Shown: positions 10,063 to 24,174 of the stretch, one piece after another
How the letters are laid out: the number at the start of each line of letters is the position of its first letter
How positions within the stretch are numbered: the first letter of the stretch is position 1
DNA from: Neovahlkampfia damariscottae
Lineage: Eukaryota
Direction: 5' to 3'
DNA: 64,000 nt
NCBI GenBank assembly: GCA_016618085.1
Contig: JABLTG010000027.1
Span: 1 to 64,000 of the forward strand
The notes under the pieces: generated by a model
Seen by the model: the letters and a program-made list of their open reading frames with translations, nothing else
What the model was told of the DNA's origin: nothing
Databases searched by the model: none
Made by a program: the position numbers and the translations under genes

Positions 10063-12218
10063 TTAATTTAATAAATCAGCGTCAACGTCATCAAAGTCAT
10101 CACCTTGAATCTTGAGTGTTTTTCCAGTATATTTATGATAAGCCAATTCAAATTCTTTTTGTTTTTTTTCGACATCAGCCAATGAAGCATCACCTGCATC
10201 ATCATCACACCAATCAGCAATTTTTTCAGCAATTGAAACTAAAGCTTTATCAATACCAGGTTGTTCTGAAATATTTGTTGCTAATTCTGATAAAACCATT
10301 GCCTTTTTTGCAATCAATTGTAATGCTTTCTTATCATTAAGAATTGATTTTGTTGATTGAATTGATTTTTGAATATCATCTTCTTTCATATTTAATTGTT
10401 TTTCAATAACAATTTTATAAACATCTTGTGAACCGTGAAGTTGAGCAGAAACTTGAAGAATACCATTTGCATCAATTTCAAAAACAGTGTCAAATCTTGG
10501 AACACCTGCTTTAGCCAATGGAATATTTTTTAATTGAAATTGACCCAAAAAATGATTATCTTTTACAAGATGATTTTCACCTTGATAAACTGGAATAGTA
10601 ACTTCTTTTTGATTATCATATAATGTTGTGTAAATCTTTTTTTTTTTAATTGGAATTGCTGAATTCTTTGCAATGATTACAGACATTCTATCTTCTTTTC
10701 CAACTGCAATACCTAAACTTAATGGTGTAACATCAATTAATGTAATATTTTGTAACTTTTCTAATGCTGGATTTAATTGTACTGGTTCAGTTTCTTCTTC
10801 TTCTTCTGATTCAGGTTCTGGTTCAGGTAATGGTTTATTTTTTATTTTGTCAACTGAAATTTGTTCTTGAATAATTTGTTGTGTTGATGACATATTGAAT
10901 CCTTTTGCTTTAATTTCATCTTCTAAAATTCTATCTTTTTGAAATGGCGCTAAAATAGCTCCTTGAATAGCAGCACCTATAGCTACAGCTTCATCAGGAT
11001 TTACTTCTGTATTTAATTTCTTTCCATTGAACTCTGCTTGAAGTAATTCTTGTATTTTTGGAATACGTGTTGAACCTCCAATCAAAATGATTTCATCAAT
11101 TTCATCTTTTTCAATTTCTGCTGCTTTAAGGACATCTTGTACTGGTGCCATTGCTGCTTCAAATCTTTTTTTACAAGCCTTTTCAAATTTTGCTCTACTA
11201 AGTTTAAATGATAAATCTTTTCCTTCAGCTAAATCAGGAATAGCAATTTCAGTTTCAATTGAAGAAGAAAGAAAATGTTTTGCTTTTTGAGCTTGTTCTT
11301 TTAATCTACGTAATGCTCTTGGATTTCCACTAATATCAACACCTTGTTTTTTTTTAAAATCATTGACGCATAATGTTACAATCTAAAGATTGAAAAATGA
11401 AAAAGTTTTTGACTTACATCATTATCAAAATCTTGACCTCCTAAAAAGTTGTTTCCATTTGTTGCTTTGACTTCAAAGATACCTTCATTAAGTTCTAATA
11501 AAGAAACATCTAAAGTACCACCACCTAAATCATAAACAAGAATTGTAAGATTCTTGTTTAATTTTTTTAAGCCATAGGCTAAAGCTGCAGCAGTAGGCTC
11601 ATTAATCATTCTCATAACATAAAGACCTGCAATTTTAGCAGCATCTTTTGTTGCTTGACGTTGTGAATCATTGAAGTATGCTGGAACTGTAATAATTGCA
11701 TTTGTTATTTTTGCGTTTAATTTTTTTTCAGCAATTGCTTTCATTTCAGCTAAAATAAGAGCAGAAATTTCTTCAGGACGGAATTCATGTTTTGATTTTC
11801 TATAGTCAACTTGGAAAAGTGGATTTGTACCTTCTTTACTTTGTGTAACTGCAAAAGGCCATAAATTGGAAAGTTCTTTAATTTCTTCTGTTTCTTGTGA
11901 TGTTTCACCAGAAAATTTTTTTCCAATAATTCTTTTTGAATCATAAACTGTGTTTTTTGGATTTTGAATGGATTGATTTTTAGCTGGTTCTCCAACTAAA
12001 ACTTCTTTATCTGTAAATCCAACTACAGATGGTGTAGTTCTTGATCCTTGAAAATTTTCTAAAACTTCAGGTCTTTCCTGTTGAAAAATGTTAATTGTTT
12101 TGTTTGTTTCTACGCTTGATTCAGTCCAAACTGCTACACAAGAATAAGTTGTTCCAAGATCGATTCCAATAACAACCTTATCTTTTTTTCTAGCTTTAGG
12201 GTTTTTGAATTTGCTCAT
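10063..12218 (-). CDS. Atypical Hsp70-family chaperone
   Basis: [59 protein letters not shown]. Intron near 11385-11417. No EEVD or KDEL. Confidence 0.95.
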
Positions 12219-12378
12219 TTTCGTTGTTTGTTTTTTTGAATGACGTTGATAAGTCAAAAGTTGGCCAATGGGGTTTTCTAAATTGATCCAATCAAAAGTT
12301 AGAACAGACAGTAATTTCTCCGAAATTGAATTTCCAACAAGGAGGATGCAATTTAATCAACTCAATTAATGAATCCTT

Positions 12379-15254
12379 TTATTTTTTACAAACAACTTCA
12401 AGAAATTGAAAAAATTCTTTCACTTTGTCATCAGAATCACAATCTAAAGATTTAAATTTTTCTAATACTTCTTCACGGATTATCATTTGATCTTTTTCTT
12501 TTTCAGATTCAATTTTTTCAATTGTAAAATTGTTTTTTGTTTGATGTGAAATATAATCCGATCTTGCCTTTTAAACTTGTCAATCAAAAAATAAAAGAAT
12601 ACCAACACCTCTTTTGGAATTCCAGCAATTTCAGCACAAATTACACCATAACTTGGAATGATTTTTCCCTTTCCTAATTTATAGAGAAATATGACATCTT
12701 TTGAATTCACAATATCTTTTTCAACAAGAACTTCCATTGTATGAAATTGAATCAAGGGATTATCTATGTCAATCAATTTATGTTCAAGAATTTCTGTGAA
12801 ATGTGTTGTACAAAATATTTTTGGGATTTCTTCTTTTTTCTTTGCAAAATATTGAAGAGTGCTTGAAAGTAGTGCAATTCCATCTATTGCTAATGTTCCT
12901 TTTCCAAATTCATCAATCAATAATAATGATTTTGAAGTTGATGATTCTATCATTGTATTCATTTGAATGAGGTCAATGGCGAATGTACTTTGATGAACAC
13001 TGATACTATCTTTGCTATAAATAGTCAATATTAATGTATTGTAATTACGAATGAATTCTTGTAAATATTCTATCAGTTAATCCTATTAACGCTTTATCAC
13101 AAGGAACAAAAGAACCTAAATGTGCTAAATAAACGATTAAAGCAACTTGTTTGAGATAAACTGATTTTCCAGAACAATTTGGACCTGTAATGATATTTAA
13201 ACGTGAATTTGAAGTGACATTGGTGTCGTTTGGAATGAAAGTGGAAACAACCATTTCTTGAAGTGGATTTCTTCCGTTAACAATTGATAAACGATTTTCT
13301 TTTGTCATCTTTGGTCTTGTATAATTGTATTCTAGAGAACATAGAGTAAATGAAAGAAGACTAAAATTAGTTTAAATTTCTTTTACCAATCCAATTCAGC
13401 AATTATTTTTGCAATTGACAACACTTCAGTTGAATAATTAATTACAAATTGTTCAAGCTAAAATTCAATTTTAAAAAAGTTACTTTGTGCAAAATTGAGT
13501 TTTCTTTATCAACAATGAAACCATGAATATCGCCTAAATTTTGATCTAAATCTGTAGTTGTTTCTGATTTGAAATAAACAATTTCATCAGACATAAACTA
13601 TTTTGAATTTTAATAAAATTAAAAAAACATGAAAAGTTAGTCCAGGAACAAAGTATTCAGATGAATTTTCATGAAATTCTGATTTTTGAATTGCCACTAA
13701 ATATCCCAATTGTGGAAAAAAAACGACACTTAAGTCATGAGAAAAATCATCATTTTGAAGAGATCTCTCTTTTTCAGCAATTACAGTCTTTTAAAATGAG
13801 TAATTTACATTTACAGTAAATCTTACTAAAAATTCTCCAAGTCCATCATAAGTTTGTTTTGCTTTGTCCAATTCATCATCAATTCCAGGGAAAATAGAAA
13901 TTCTGTTCATTGATTTTGATTCTCTAAAATCGATAATTGATGATATAGCTTTTAAAACATGTGTAACTGCATCATTTGAAGGTAGTTTATATAAGATTGA
14001 TATTTTGGATTCATAATCTTTTTTTTTCATATCATCACATAATTCAACAATTTCATTATATGCAGAGAGTGTCTTTGAAAATTAAAAAAAAAAAAAATAA
14101 AAAAACTTTTTCAAAATTGGACCAGTCATTCACTGTTGCTGTTCCTTCTTGAATTCTTTTAGCAATTCTTCCAATATCTTTAACTTCTTTGATGTTTTTT
14201 CTTAATTCTTTGATTATTTCTTCAAACTGTGAATCTTGAAAAAATTCAATGGTATCCAATCTTGTTTCAATGATTGTTAAATCTAATATTGGTTGAAGAA
14301 ACCAATCTCTCAATAAAGATTTTCCAATTTTCGACTTTGAATTAAATGAATTGTTTTCTTACAACTGTTTTATCCATGATTCCAAATAAACTTAATCCTT
14401 CTTTTGCTACACCAATTGACATTGTACTTGCTGGATGTTTATCAACTAAATTGGTAAATTCAATAAAAACGAAAATACGTTTAAAAATGGAGAGGGATTC
14501 AATTGTATTCAAATCTAATTGTAGAAATCCTTCACTAAAATCAAAATTAATTCCTTCAATAAACTTACAAAGGAATATGAACTATTTTTTTTATACAGTC
14601 AAAACATTGATCATCAGATGAGATTTGTCCAAAATAAGTTGAATTTTCTTTGATAAAAGTTAAAATACCTCCTGTTGCTCTGACCATTTGGTGATTTTCT
14701 GAAATATCTATTGAAGAAAGACCCCATAAAAAATCATTGTCAAAAATTCTTTATATTAGAAATATTAAATTAAATTACTGTTCTTTATTCTTTTTTTGAA
14801 GTGTTTGATTCACTTGCGAAAGTAATTTTTTAGCATTTTCAAAATTAAAATTAGTCGCTTTTAATGTTTTAAAATTGACTTCTTCTTCAGATCCAATAAC
14901 TAATTTCATTAATTTAAGTTTTCTAGAAAACCTGGATTTCTTAAAGAATCTACGAAAGATTTTTCTGATTTATAGGAAGTAATTATAAAATTTGGTTTGA
15001 ATTGAAATTTGACTATGGATTATTATTTTGTAATTATATACCAAATTCCAACGAATTATAGCTTTCATTTTCATAAGTTTCGCCCCAACTTAAAGTTCCA
15101 GTGCTTGAATTAAAATGAGCAACACCAAGTCTAATTTTAAATGAAATTATTCTCACCTTCCTTTATGGAATACTGTTGACAGAATCATCTAAATATTACA
15201 AAATATAAATCGAACAGGATTCATTTCTTCAAATTCGTCTTCGCTCTCTTCCAT
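12379..15254 (-). CDS. MSH5: MutS homolog 5 (meiotic MutS-gamma), many exons
   Basis: [57 protein letters not shown] and [11 protein letters not shown] are MSH5-type ATPase motifs. Confidence 0.88.
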
Positions 15255-15342
15255 TTTTTTTTCGTATTTGTTTTGATTCGTCAAAAATTGGACAAATTAA
15301 AATCATCTTTAGTTTCCAAATAAAAAACAACTCAACCAATTG

Positions 15343-15600
15343 ATGTATGAAGAAACTGACTCAGAAGAATTAAAAAATGAGCTTGAAAATAAGAGAAATT
15401 ATTTTGGAAAACTGATGGAAGAAACTGAAAAAAAAGAAAACATTTTAGATTATTTGGATGATGAAAAAGAGATAGAAACAACTGAGAAAGAGCTTGAGAT
15501 TATGTACAAAGAAATGGAAAAAGCAAAGAAAGAACTTGAAGATGTAATGAAAAAAATTGAAAAAATAACTGAAGATAAAATGATCATCGAAGAATTGTAA
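15343..15600 (+). CDS. Small acidic coiled-coil protein, function unknown
   Basis: E/K-rich heptad ORF immediately after a CCAAT. Confidence 0.5.
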   Translation: MYEETDSEELKNELENKRNYFGKLMEETEKKENILDYLDDEKEIETTEKELEIMYKEMEKAKKELEDVMKKIEKITEDKMIIEEL

Positions 15601-15772
15601 ACATTTCAATGAACTCAATCTTTTGAACTATAAAATATTTCAAGGTATTTTTCACTTCACATGCTCAATTAGGTAAAACAACTGTTTCTCCCATTCATTT
15701 TTTTTTCAGATTTTCTTGGATGAAGTTGGGGAGAATAAACGTTTATTCAATTTTCTACGAAGGAAACAAACA

Positions 15773-18700
15773 TTAATTTATCATATCTTGTAAATATATT
15801 ATTGCAATATCAATTGAATTACAATTTTGATCAACGCAACATCTTTGTATTAATTCAAGAAATGTTGGAGGATATTTTTTTTTCTTTTTCAAATTCTGAA
15901 CAAAAGTTGTATCAATATTTTCAGATGAAATGACACCAGAATTCGCAATGAAAGCCAATATTAACCCAAATTGATAAATATCAATTATATTTTCACTTCC
16001 AACAGGCTTTAAATGGAGTATTGAACCAATTTTGTTGAGAGCATTTTTTCCCAAATTTCCAATTTTTGGAGTTCCGTTTTCTATGTAGATTGTATTTTCA
16101 TTGATAATTTCATCTGTAATTCCTTGAGAGTGTAAATATTTAATTCCCATAGCAATTTGTTTTAACATTTCTATTAATTGTTTCATACTTAATTTTTGGT
16201 AGTAATCTTTAAATGTTGTTGATTTTTTATTGAATATTTGAATTCTTCCTTTATCGATCTTGTATCCAATAATTGGTTGAATATTTTTGTGTTTCAACAT
16301 TGATAATTTTAACATATCTCGTTTGAACTCATTCATTTTACTATTATCTAAAAATTGTAAATCAATTTCTATTTCAATATTCGAAATTAATTGTGAATTA
16401 AACTTTCCTAACTCAAAGGAAGTCAAATTTCCGATTTCTAAATTTTCAATTCTGTCTTTGTTTAATAATTCATTGAATATATCAAAGTTATTTTCAATCA
16501 ATTCAATTTTCAAATTTTGATATTTTTCTTTTTCAAATAATGATTTCAAATTCTTGAATGTGATTTCATTTATTTTATAAATTTCATTGTATCTTTTGAA
16601 ATCTAATAAATAAGCAAATAATCTGTCTTTGATATTCAAATCTAATACTTGGAATTCTATATAATTTTGATATATTTCTTCAAATGTTTCAATGATCAAA
16701 TAATTTAACAACATTGAAAAATCATTTTTTATGATTTTTGATTTTTCTATTAAATTTTCAACAACATTTGATAAGAAATGATTTTTGTTTTTTTTGTAAT
16801 TCTCAATTCTTAAACTTCCAATTTTTGTTGGAACGAAATTTTTTTTGTCATTAAAATCATCGTTGGTGAAAAAAATATCTTCAAAAGAAGAGAAATCAAT
16901 TAATATATTTTCAAAACGAAGATTTTTTGAGGATACAATAATCTCACCAAATGAATTTTTCGAAGACATCTATTTTTCATGTTTAAATAATCAAAATGAA
17001 CCCTTACGATTTTAAAATCGGTTACATTGATAAAATGAACAAAATATGAATGTTTTTGATATGAATATTGTTTAATTCTTTGATTTGAAAATAGTTGTTT
17101 CCAAGCCACACCATAATTTTCCAAAATTTGTCTTGAAAACCAAGTAGAAATTTGGCAATACTCTTTTGATAAATCCCTTTCATTCAATGGAATATTGAAA
17201 TACAAAAAGGTAACATTCTCTTGATAAATAAATATAATCCTTGTTTTTGAATTTAATATTTTTGTAAATAAAATGATATGGCTAATATCTTGACATTCAT
17301 TTGGGAAATCACCTAAAATTGAAATTATTGGTTTATTTTCATGATCTTTTTGTGATTGTTTTTCGATGTCAAAAAATACTTTTTTGAATATTTTCTTATG
17401 ACAAAATAAACATTCATCTGATATGTTTTGATTTAATCTTTGATGACAATTCATGCATAACATATGTTTACATTTGAAATAGAAAACTTGATTCTTATTT
17501 TCTTGACAAATTGTACATAAATTCTCAGGAAATTGTTTTTCTATTTTTGAGAAATGATTATCCAATAATTTCCATTTCTTCAGCAATTTTTCATCTAAAT
17601 TTATTTCTTTTAATAATTCTAAAATATTATTTTTTGATGAAACTAATTTCAAATATTCCCCTTTCAAAATTGAAGAATCATTTTGATTTCCATATTTATT
17701 TTTGTATTGTTCCAAAATCATTTTGAAATCTACAAATAGAGTTGAATCATCAAGGGTTTCATTTAAATTCCTTTTACTTGGTTTCTTTGAAATTAAATTC
17801 TCCAAGAATTTTTTCCATTGAATGAATGAAAAGTTGTTTTGCAAAATTAAATATTTACAAGAAATTACAAAAGAATGTAAATATCCTTGGTTTGTATCAT
17901 TTTCTTTGAATGAGTGAAATAAACGAATTGCCTTTTGATAATTATGCTCTTTGATTTGATTTTGAAATCGAAAATTATTCTCCAATTGACTGGAATTTTG
18001 AATTAAAGCCTCTACATATTTAAACCAATCCTTCTCACAAAAATTCTTGGTATTTGGGAATTCTTTCAAATTCTCAATAATTTCTAAATTTAATTCATGT
18101 ATTTTCTTATCAAAATATTCGCCGTTTATTTGTGAAATTGGAAGTTCAAAGATTTTAATGGAACGAAATAACTCTTCAAAAATTTTTAAATTAGTTGAAT
18201 AAAATTGTTTTAAATCAACATCAATTATATTTTCTGAATCAATATGTTCCTTATTTAAAATAATAATCAATTCTGGAAAATGTGGTATCTCAATCTTTCT
18301 TGCTGCATCCAATAAAATATTAATAGTTTCATCATTCATTCCAAAATCATCTTTTTCTATAATCAACAAAATTATATCACTGAAACTGTACAATAACTTT
18401 GGCATAATCACCCTATTAATATTTCTTCTTTGTTTGATTATTTTTTCAGATAAATTTTGATATTGAGCATCAAATGACTCAATATCAATAAATTTGATAT
18501 TTTCAATTCCTTGTTTATTAAATTTTTCTTTAGTTTTTCTCTCAAATAAATGAATGTCTTTTGTTTTTGAAACTTCATCATTATCAGAACCAATATCAGG
18601 AAAATTCTTTTCTTTTTGGAATATAATTTCATCAGATAATAATTCGGAAATTATTCTACTTTTACCAATTTTTGCTTTTCCAAATGTTGAAATTATATAT

Positions 18701-19152
18701 GGTTTTTCAATATTTGATGATTTTTTTTTCTTTTCATCACAAATACTAGTGAACATTAGCTTGCAATCATTGTGTTCATCAAAATAAATCATTTTTGATT
18801 CTTCAACTGTTTTATTGTCCATTGAGTTTCTGTCAATAACAAATTTGATTTGAAAAGATAAATCACCCAGACATATTTCATTGATGGTGGTCAAAATTAA
18901 AGAAATTGGAAAACTTTCATAATAAGTTTCTGAAACCAAAGTACCATCTAAATTTTTGATTTTTATATCTTCTAAAGTTAATTCTGTTTCATTTTTTATC
19001 ACTTTTATGATTTGTTCTAAAAAGTCGAAAATTATTGTGTCTTCGTGGACTGTGAATTCATATTTTTCTTTTTCCGTTTTGAATTGTATCAATAATTTAT
19101 GCAGTATAGGGTTCTGCCTGAAAACAAAATTTTTTGTTTTGTTTTTCTCCAT
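15773..19152 (-). CDS. Large multidomain protein: GBP/atlastin-like P-loop GTPase + RING finger + C-terminal pseudokinase
   Basis: ORFs 16900-19233 and 15773-16969 join via a phase-0, 38-nt GT-AG intron at 16970-17007. Motifs: FGKAKIGKS..TKDI..FIDIES; CTIC..CKHMLCMNC..CLFC; LKHKNI..QIAMGIKYLHSQGI lacking HRD and DFG. Confidence 0.7.
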
Positions 19153-19464
19153 CTGAGATTTTAAAAACAAAAAGGAATTTGATTGGACCAAATATACTTC
19201 TTTAGCAGCTAAAGAAAACATGCACAAAAACATGCAAAAACATTTTTTTTTTATTGATTCAGATTGTTCAGGATATCAATCCTTGAATTTGATCATTCAA
19301 TTGTGGATAAAATTTAGTGTTTCACAATTTTTACAATTTCCATGTGACTGTCGATTTTCAAAACATATCTCATTTATAGATATATTTCACAAAAAATTTG
19401 TGGGGGGTTATGTTTTTGATGAATCTATATTCCAATTGGACAACCGAAAAACTGCCACAAAAAA

Positions 19465-19866
19465 ATGGAAAATGACAACAGACTGAGCTTTGAAGGTGAA
19501 TTGTTCTCCTTAGATAACATAATAACTGATGTATATGTAAAATCAGAAAAAGAAATAGTGGAGGACTTCAAAAATGAAACTCAAAATGCACTTTCAAACT
19601 TCAAACATTCAGTGGATTCAATATTCCAAGTTTGTGAACCCAAACCAGAAACTAAAAAGAGAAAAAGAACAGATAAAGACACAAAAGAACATCTTATGAA
19701 TTGGCTTCACGAACATTGTGATTATCCATATCCAGATGAATTTGAAAAAGAAGTACTTCAAAATGAAACAAACATGTCAAGAAGTCAAATTGACAATTGG
19801 TTCATCAATGCAAGAAGAAGATATTTACCAAAAAAAAATTCAACAAAAAAGAATATTCATCAATAA
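19465..19866 (+). CDS. TALE-class homeodomain protein
   Basis: WLHEHCDYPYP (three-residue loop extension) and QIDNWFINARRR. Confidence 0.92.
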   Translation: MENDNRLSFEGELFSLDNIITDVYVKSEKEIVEDFKNETQNALSNFKHSVDSIFQVCEPKPETKKRKRTDKDTKEHLMNWLHEHCDYPYPDEFEKEVLQNETNMSRSQIDNWFINARRRYLPKKNSTKKNIHQ

Positions 19867-19873
19867 ATATCAA

Positions 19874-21352
19874 TTATTTGTTTACTCCCTCTAATAAATG
19901 ATCCAGTCTTGTTTTAGCAACCTTTGCAGAATTGATTATTGATTGTTTATCTGTTGCTTTATTTTCAAGTAAATATGATAACTCTTCAGTATTCGTTTCT
20001 AATTCTTGTTGTAAATAATCAAATAATGCTTTTTCATTTTTTCCAGTCAAAAAATAAGAATAAGGATAGGTGAATTTCAAAATCTTTCTACATTCAAATA
20101 ACTGTTCCATTGCATTTATTAAATAATCAAGTTCTAAATAAGAACCTTTTTGTTTTTGCATTAATTCACTTCTCTTTTGTTCAGTTGATTTTCTTAATTT
20201 TTCTTCTAATTGTTCGGATTGTTCATGTGTTTTAAATCTTGTAAAATAAAACATATATTTTTCAAGCATTTGTCTTTCACTTTCTAATGATTCACTTTCT
20301 TGATATTTTGAACAAACATGAGCTGACATATTATGATCATGTGGTCCTAGACATACCCAACAAAATCCATATCCACAAACACATCCAATATAATTACATC
20401 CTCCATTCTTTTCAATTGATTTATTACATTTTGGGCATGCTTTTGTGTTCTTTACAATAAAATGAGCTGTTGCACTATCATTTTCTCTTTTTGCTTCCCA
20501 ATCCCTATAATGTTTACATGATAATGGTGCATGTCCAATATCATTACATCGAAAACAAAAAATAGTTCCACATAAACATAAAACATTTGTTGAATTTGAT
20601 GATGAAAATATAACTTTTTCACATTTTGCGTTGGGACACCATTTGAGATTTGGATCATCATCAATAAAAGATCTGATTAAATATTTGCTGTATTTTTCAA
20701 AAATTCCTTCTTCAACTGTTTTTTTTATCATGGCTTCAGAAACAACTAAATTACATTTTGGAAATGGACATTTTAAAGTTAAACATTGAGGACCATCTTT
20801 AACACCAACTTCATTATAATTTTTCCAGCATCCTTTACATAAAAAATGTTTGCATGGAAGTGAATACATTGAAATACCTTCAAAATCATCAAAACAACAA
20901 GAACATTCCATTTCATCATCAGTACCAACTAAAAAACTTGAATTTGCGTATTCTAGATCAATTCCAGTCATCTTTAAAACTTTCTTTGGCTGATCAAAAC
21001 AATCCATTGTTAATCTTTTTTTTTTTTAAAACAAAAGAAATTACTTTTCTGTTTTCCATTTATATGAACGAAGTAATGCACCACAAACTGAAAAAGGAAT
21101 ATCAAGTGTTTCACAAAGTTCTGATATGGTTTTCTTTTTTTCTGAAATTAATTCATCAACGTCTTTGGCTTCAAATAGTTTTTCTTTTTTTTTTACTTCA
21201 CCAAACATTTCAGTTTCTTCAAAACCATCTTCTTCTTCTTCTTCTTCTTCCATTATTTCTTCTTCAAAATCTAAAATATAATCATCTCCAGGTGTGGGTG
21301 TAAAATCGTAATCTTCACTGATCAAATCTTCAGTTGCTATTTCCTCACTCAT
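19874..21352 (-). CDS. Ariadne-like RBR E3 ubiquitin ligase
   Basis: Acidic N-terminus, RING1, IBR (KWCPNAKC), RING2 (KACPKC..IEKNGGCN) and Ariadne domain. One intron near 21010-21045. Confidence 0.93.
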
Positions 21353-21406
21353 TCCCAAAAGCAATTTGATTGGAACAACTTAGAATTATTTTTAGAATTT
21401 GAAGTT

Positions 21407-24174
21407 TTATTTTTTCAACTTCATTTTATAATTTCTATCCATTGCTTTTTCAATAACTTTTGATTGAAATTCAGATTCTCTTTTTCCACCAGAGAATTGA
21501 ATTAAGTTTTGATTCTTTTTAACTGCAATGATCATTTCTTCTACTTTTTTTGCAGGTATATCATTTCCTGCAAAATCTATTTGTTCAAGTGTTTTATTAT
21601 TTTCAATCAAAGAAACTATTTCATCAATACATTCACCTCGAATTGAATTTTCCATTAAATTCAATTGTTTGACATTAGTATTATTTTCAAGTGATTTAAT
21701 TATAATACTTAATTCATCATCATCAATTCCTTTGTCTTTTAAATCAACAATAACCAAATTTTCATCATTTTTCTTCATCAAATCAATCATATAAGAAATA
21801 TTATCTGAGTTCATATCAAACATATCTTTTGTGAATTGTTTAACCACAAAAGAATATCTATGAATATCTTTTTTATTTACTCGTGGTGATATTTTGATTT
21901 CTTCATCATAAGTATCAATTGGACTTGATTGTAATGGTGAATCATTTACAATTGATCTTAATATTGGATTTTTAATTTCCGAATTCCTTTTGATGAATTG
22001 ATCAATCATTTTCCGTTGATTTTCTTTCAACAATTCATCATCTAAAATGAAACTCTTTAGGCTCATATTTTGTTCAAGGGAAGAAATTAAAGGTGAAATA
22101 TCAAGTTCATTTGAATTGTTAACAATTTTGAATTCTTTCAAAGTGGTAGAAGATTTGATCATTTTTGAAAGATAATCAATTGATGCATTGGTGATATTTG
22201 ACTCAAAAATGATTAATGATTCCAGTGTATGATTTTTCTTTAAATTGCTACAAATTACTTTAATGACTGTATCAACAATTTCTTCACCATTAATTTCAAG
22301 TTTTGTAAATGTTTCATCATTATTTTGCAACTTATCAATCATATCAGTGACATTCTTTTTTTGTTTGAATATATTTTCTAATTCATTTTCAAATGTCATA
22401 TCAAAAAACAATTCTGTACTTTTTGGTGATTTGACAGTTGGTGTTTTTAATACGTCCTTCAAATTATCTCCAATTGGCATTAATGTAACACTTTCTTTCA
22501 AGTTATTTTTTATTTTCATCAAATTTTGTTTTTGTTCACTCATTTGAGGATCAACTATTTTTTCAAAAACTATATCTTTTTTTGTTGGTTTTTCTAACTC
22601 AATATTTTTAGATGAGAATAATTCTTTGTCGTATTGATCTACTTCACATTTCTTTACAATACTGAAATGCTTATAAACAGATTTTGGATCTTGAGTGATA
22701 TTTTTGAAAGGTTGTTTGATTGAACCATCTTCACTGGCAAAACATAAACGAAATGCTGTTTCTCTTTCTGAAAGTAATTCAATTGGATCTTGTGAAAGGA
22801 AGTTATAAATAGACCAAGTAAAGTCATGAGCTGAAAGAAATGCTCGATTGCAACCAGTTCCCTGTTAAAATATTAATTTTGAAAATTTGAATATACTTGT
22901 GGCCAAAATGGTCCTAACAATGAATCACCAACCATTCCAGTGAGTAAACGATTTCCAGATTCCGTTTCAAATATCTTTGATGAATAAGTATTATACCATT
23001 TTGTTGTAAAATCAAAAATAGCAATGTCAGGTTTTCCTCTTTGATTAACTTCAAAATCTCTTTTTGGAATATTACAAAATTCAGCAAATTCTCTGATAAA
23101 TTGTTCTAATTTTGATTTGTTTATATTTGTAGGATGTAATAATTCATTAATATCTGTGTGATGTTTTAATAAAACTCCATAGTCAATTAAATTTGCTTTA
23201 TTTGCAGTAGCAACAAAATAATGTGTTTCATCTCTATAATAAGTAACATTTTCTAATCTTATTCCAGTTTTTTTATAAAGATCATCAAACCAAGCTTTTC
23301 TATATTGTGAAGATAATCCAAATTCTCTTTTATCAACATCTTCAGGTTTATGTAAATTTTTAAAATTTCCAGTGATTCCCAATGCTAAACTGGCTTTAAA
23401 TGCTTTTCTTTTATATTTCAATTGATCAGATAAAATACAATTTTCACCATCTGCACAAACTAAAACATTATAAAAAATTTCTTCTTCAAGTTGTGGTTTT
23501 GTAATACAACCCCAATTCAAATTAGGTTTTTGAGGTGGTTTGACTGAAACAAATGAACAATTAAATTGAAATTTAACACCTAAAAGAAGAGCAATTTTGA
23601 GTAGAATGAATTGAAGTCTCTTGATTCCAATATGAAACATACCTCCTGAACAAAATTGACGATAAAAAGTTTTCACTCCAATTGACTTTAATTCTTCAAC
23701 TGCGTAAGGCCAAAGATGAAGAACATTATTTCTGGAAAAATAATCACGTTTTTCGATAACTGTTATGTTTGCTCCTATGATGTGTAAAAATCTTAATATT
23801 TCAAACCTGGAATAAATGCTGAATCAATTGCTGTTTTTAAACCACCAGGACCTGCTCCAATTATTAAAATATCTGAGGATGAAATAAAAAAAAAATTGAT
23901 CCTAACCTAAATTTTTGTTGTCTGGATTTTTTGGAGGATTTACAAATTTTTTGTCAATATTTTTCCAAAAATCTTTGAATTGTACATCATAAAAAGTAGC
24001 TTCTTTCACTTTTTTGTAAACTGTTCAAAATTAACAAAAAAACTGTGCAAGTGTACCTGTATCTTTATCTTGCAAATTACAACTTTCTTTTAATTCATCA
24101 AACAGTTCCAAAATTTCCTTTATTGAGTCCTTGCTTTGAATGAACTTCTTCAAACAAGTCGCTGGATTGGTCAT
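21407..24174 (-). CDS. MICAL-type flavoprotein monooxygenase fused to two tropomodulin-like LRR modules
   Basis: IIGAGPGGLKTAI, EKRDYFSRNNVLHLWPY, FCSGGMFHIGIKRLQFILLKIALLLGV, LENVTYYRDETHYFV, GDSLLGPFWPQ|GTGCNRAFLSA. The exon starting at 22861 reads in frame without a stop into the LRR ORF 21407-22543. Confidence 0.88.
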
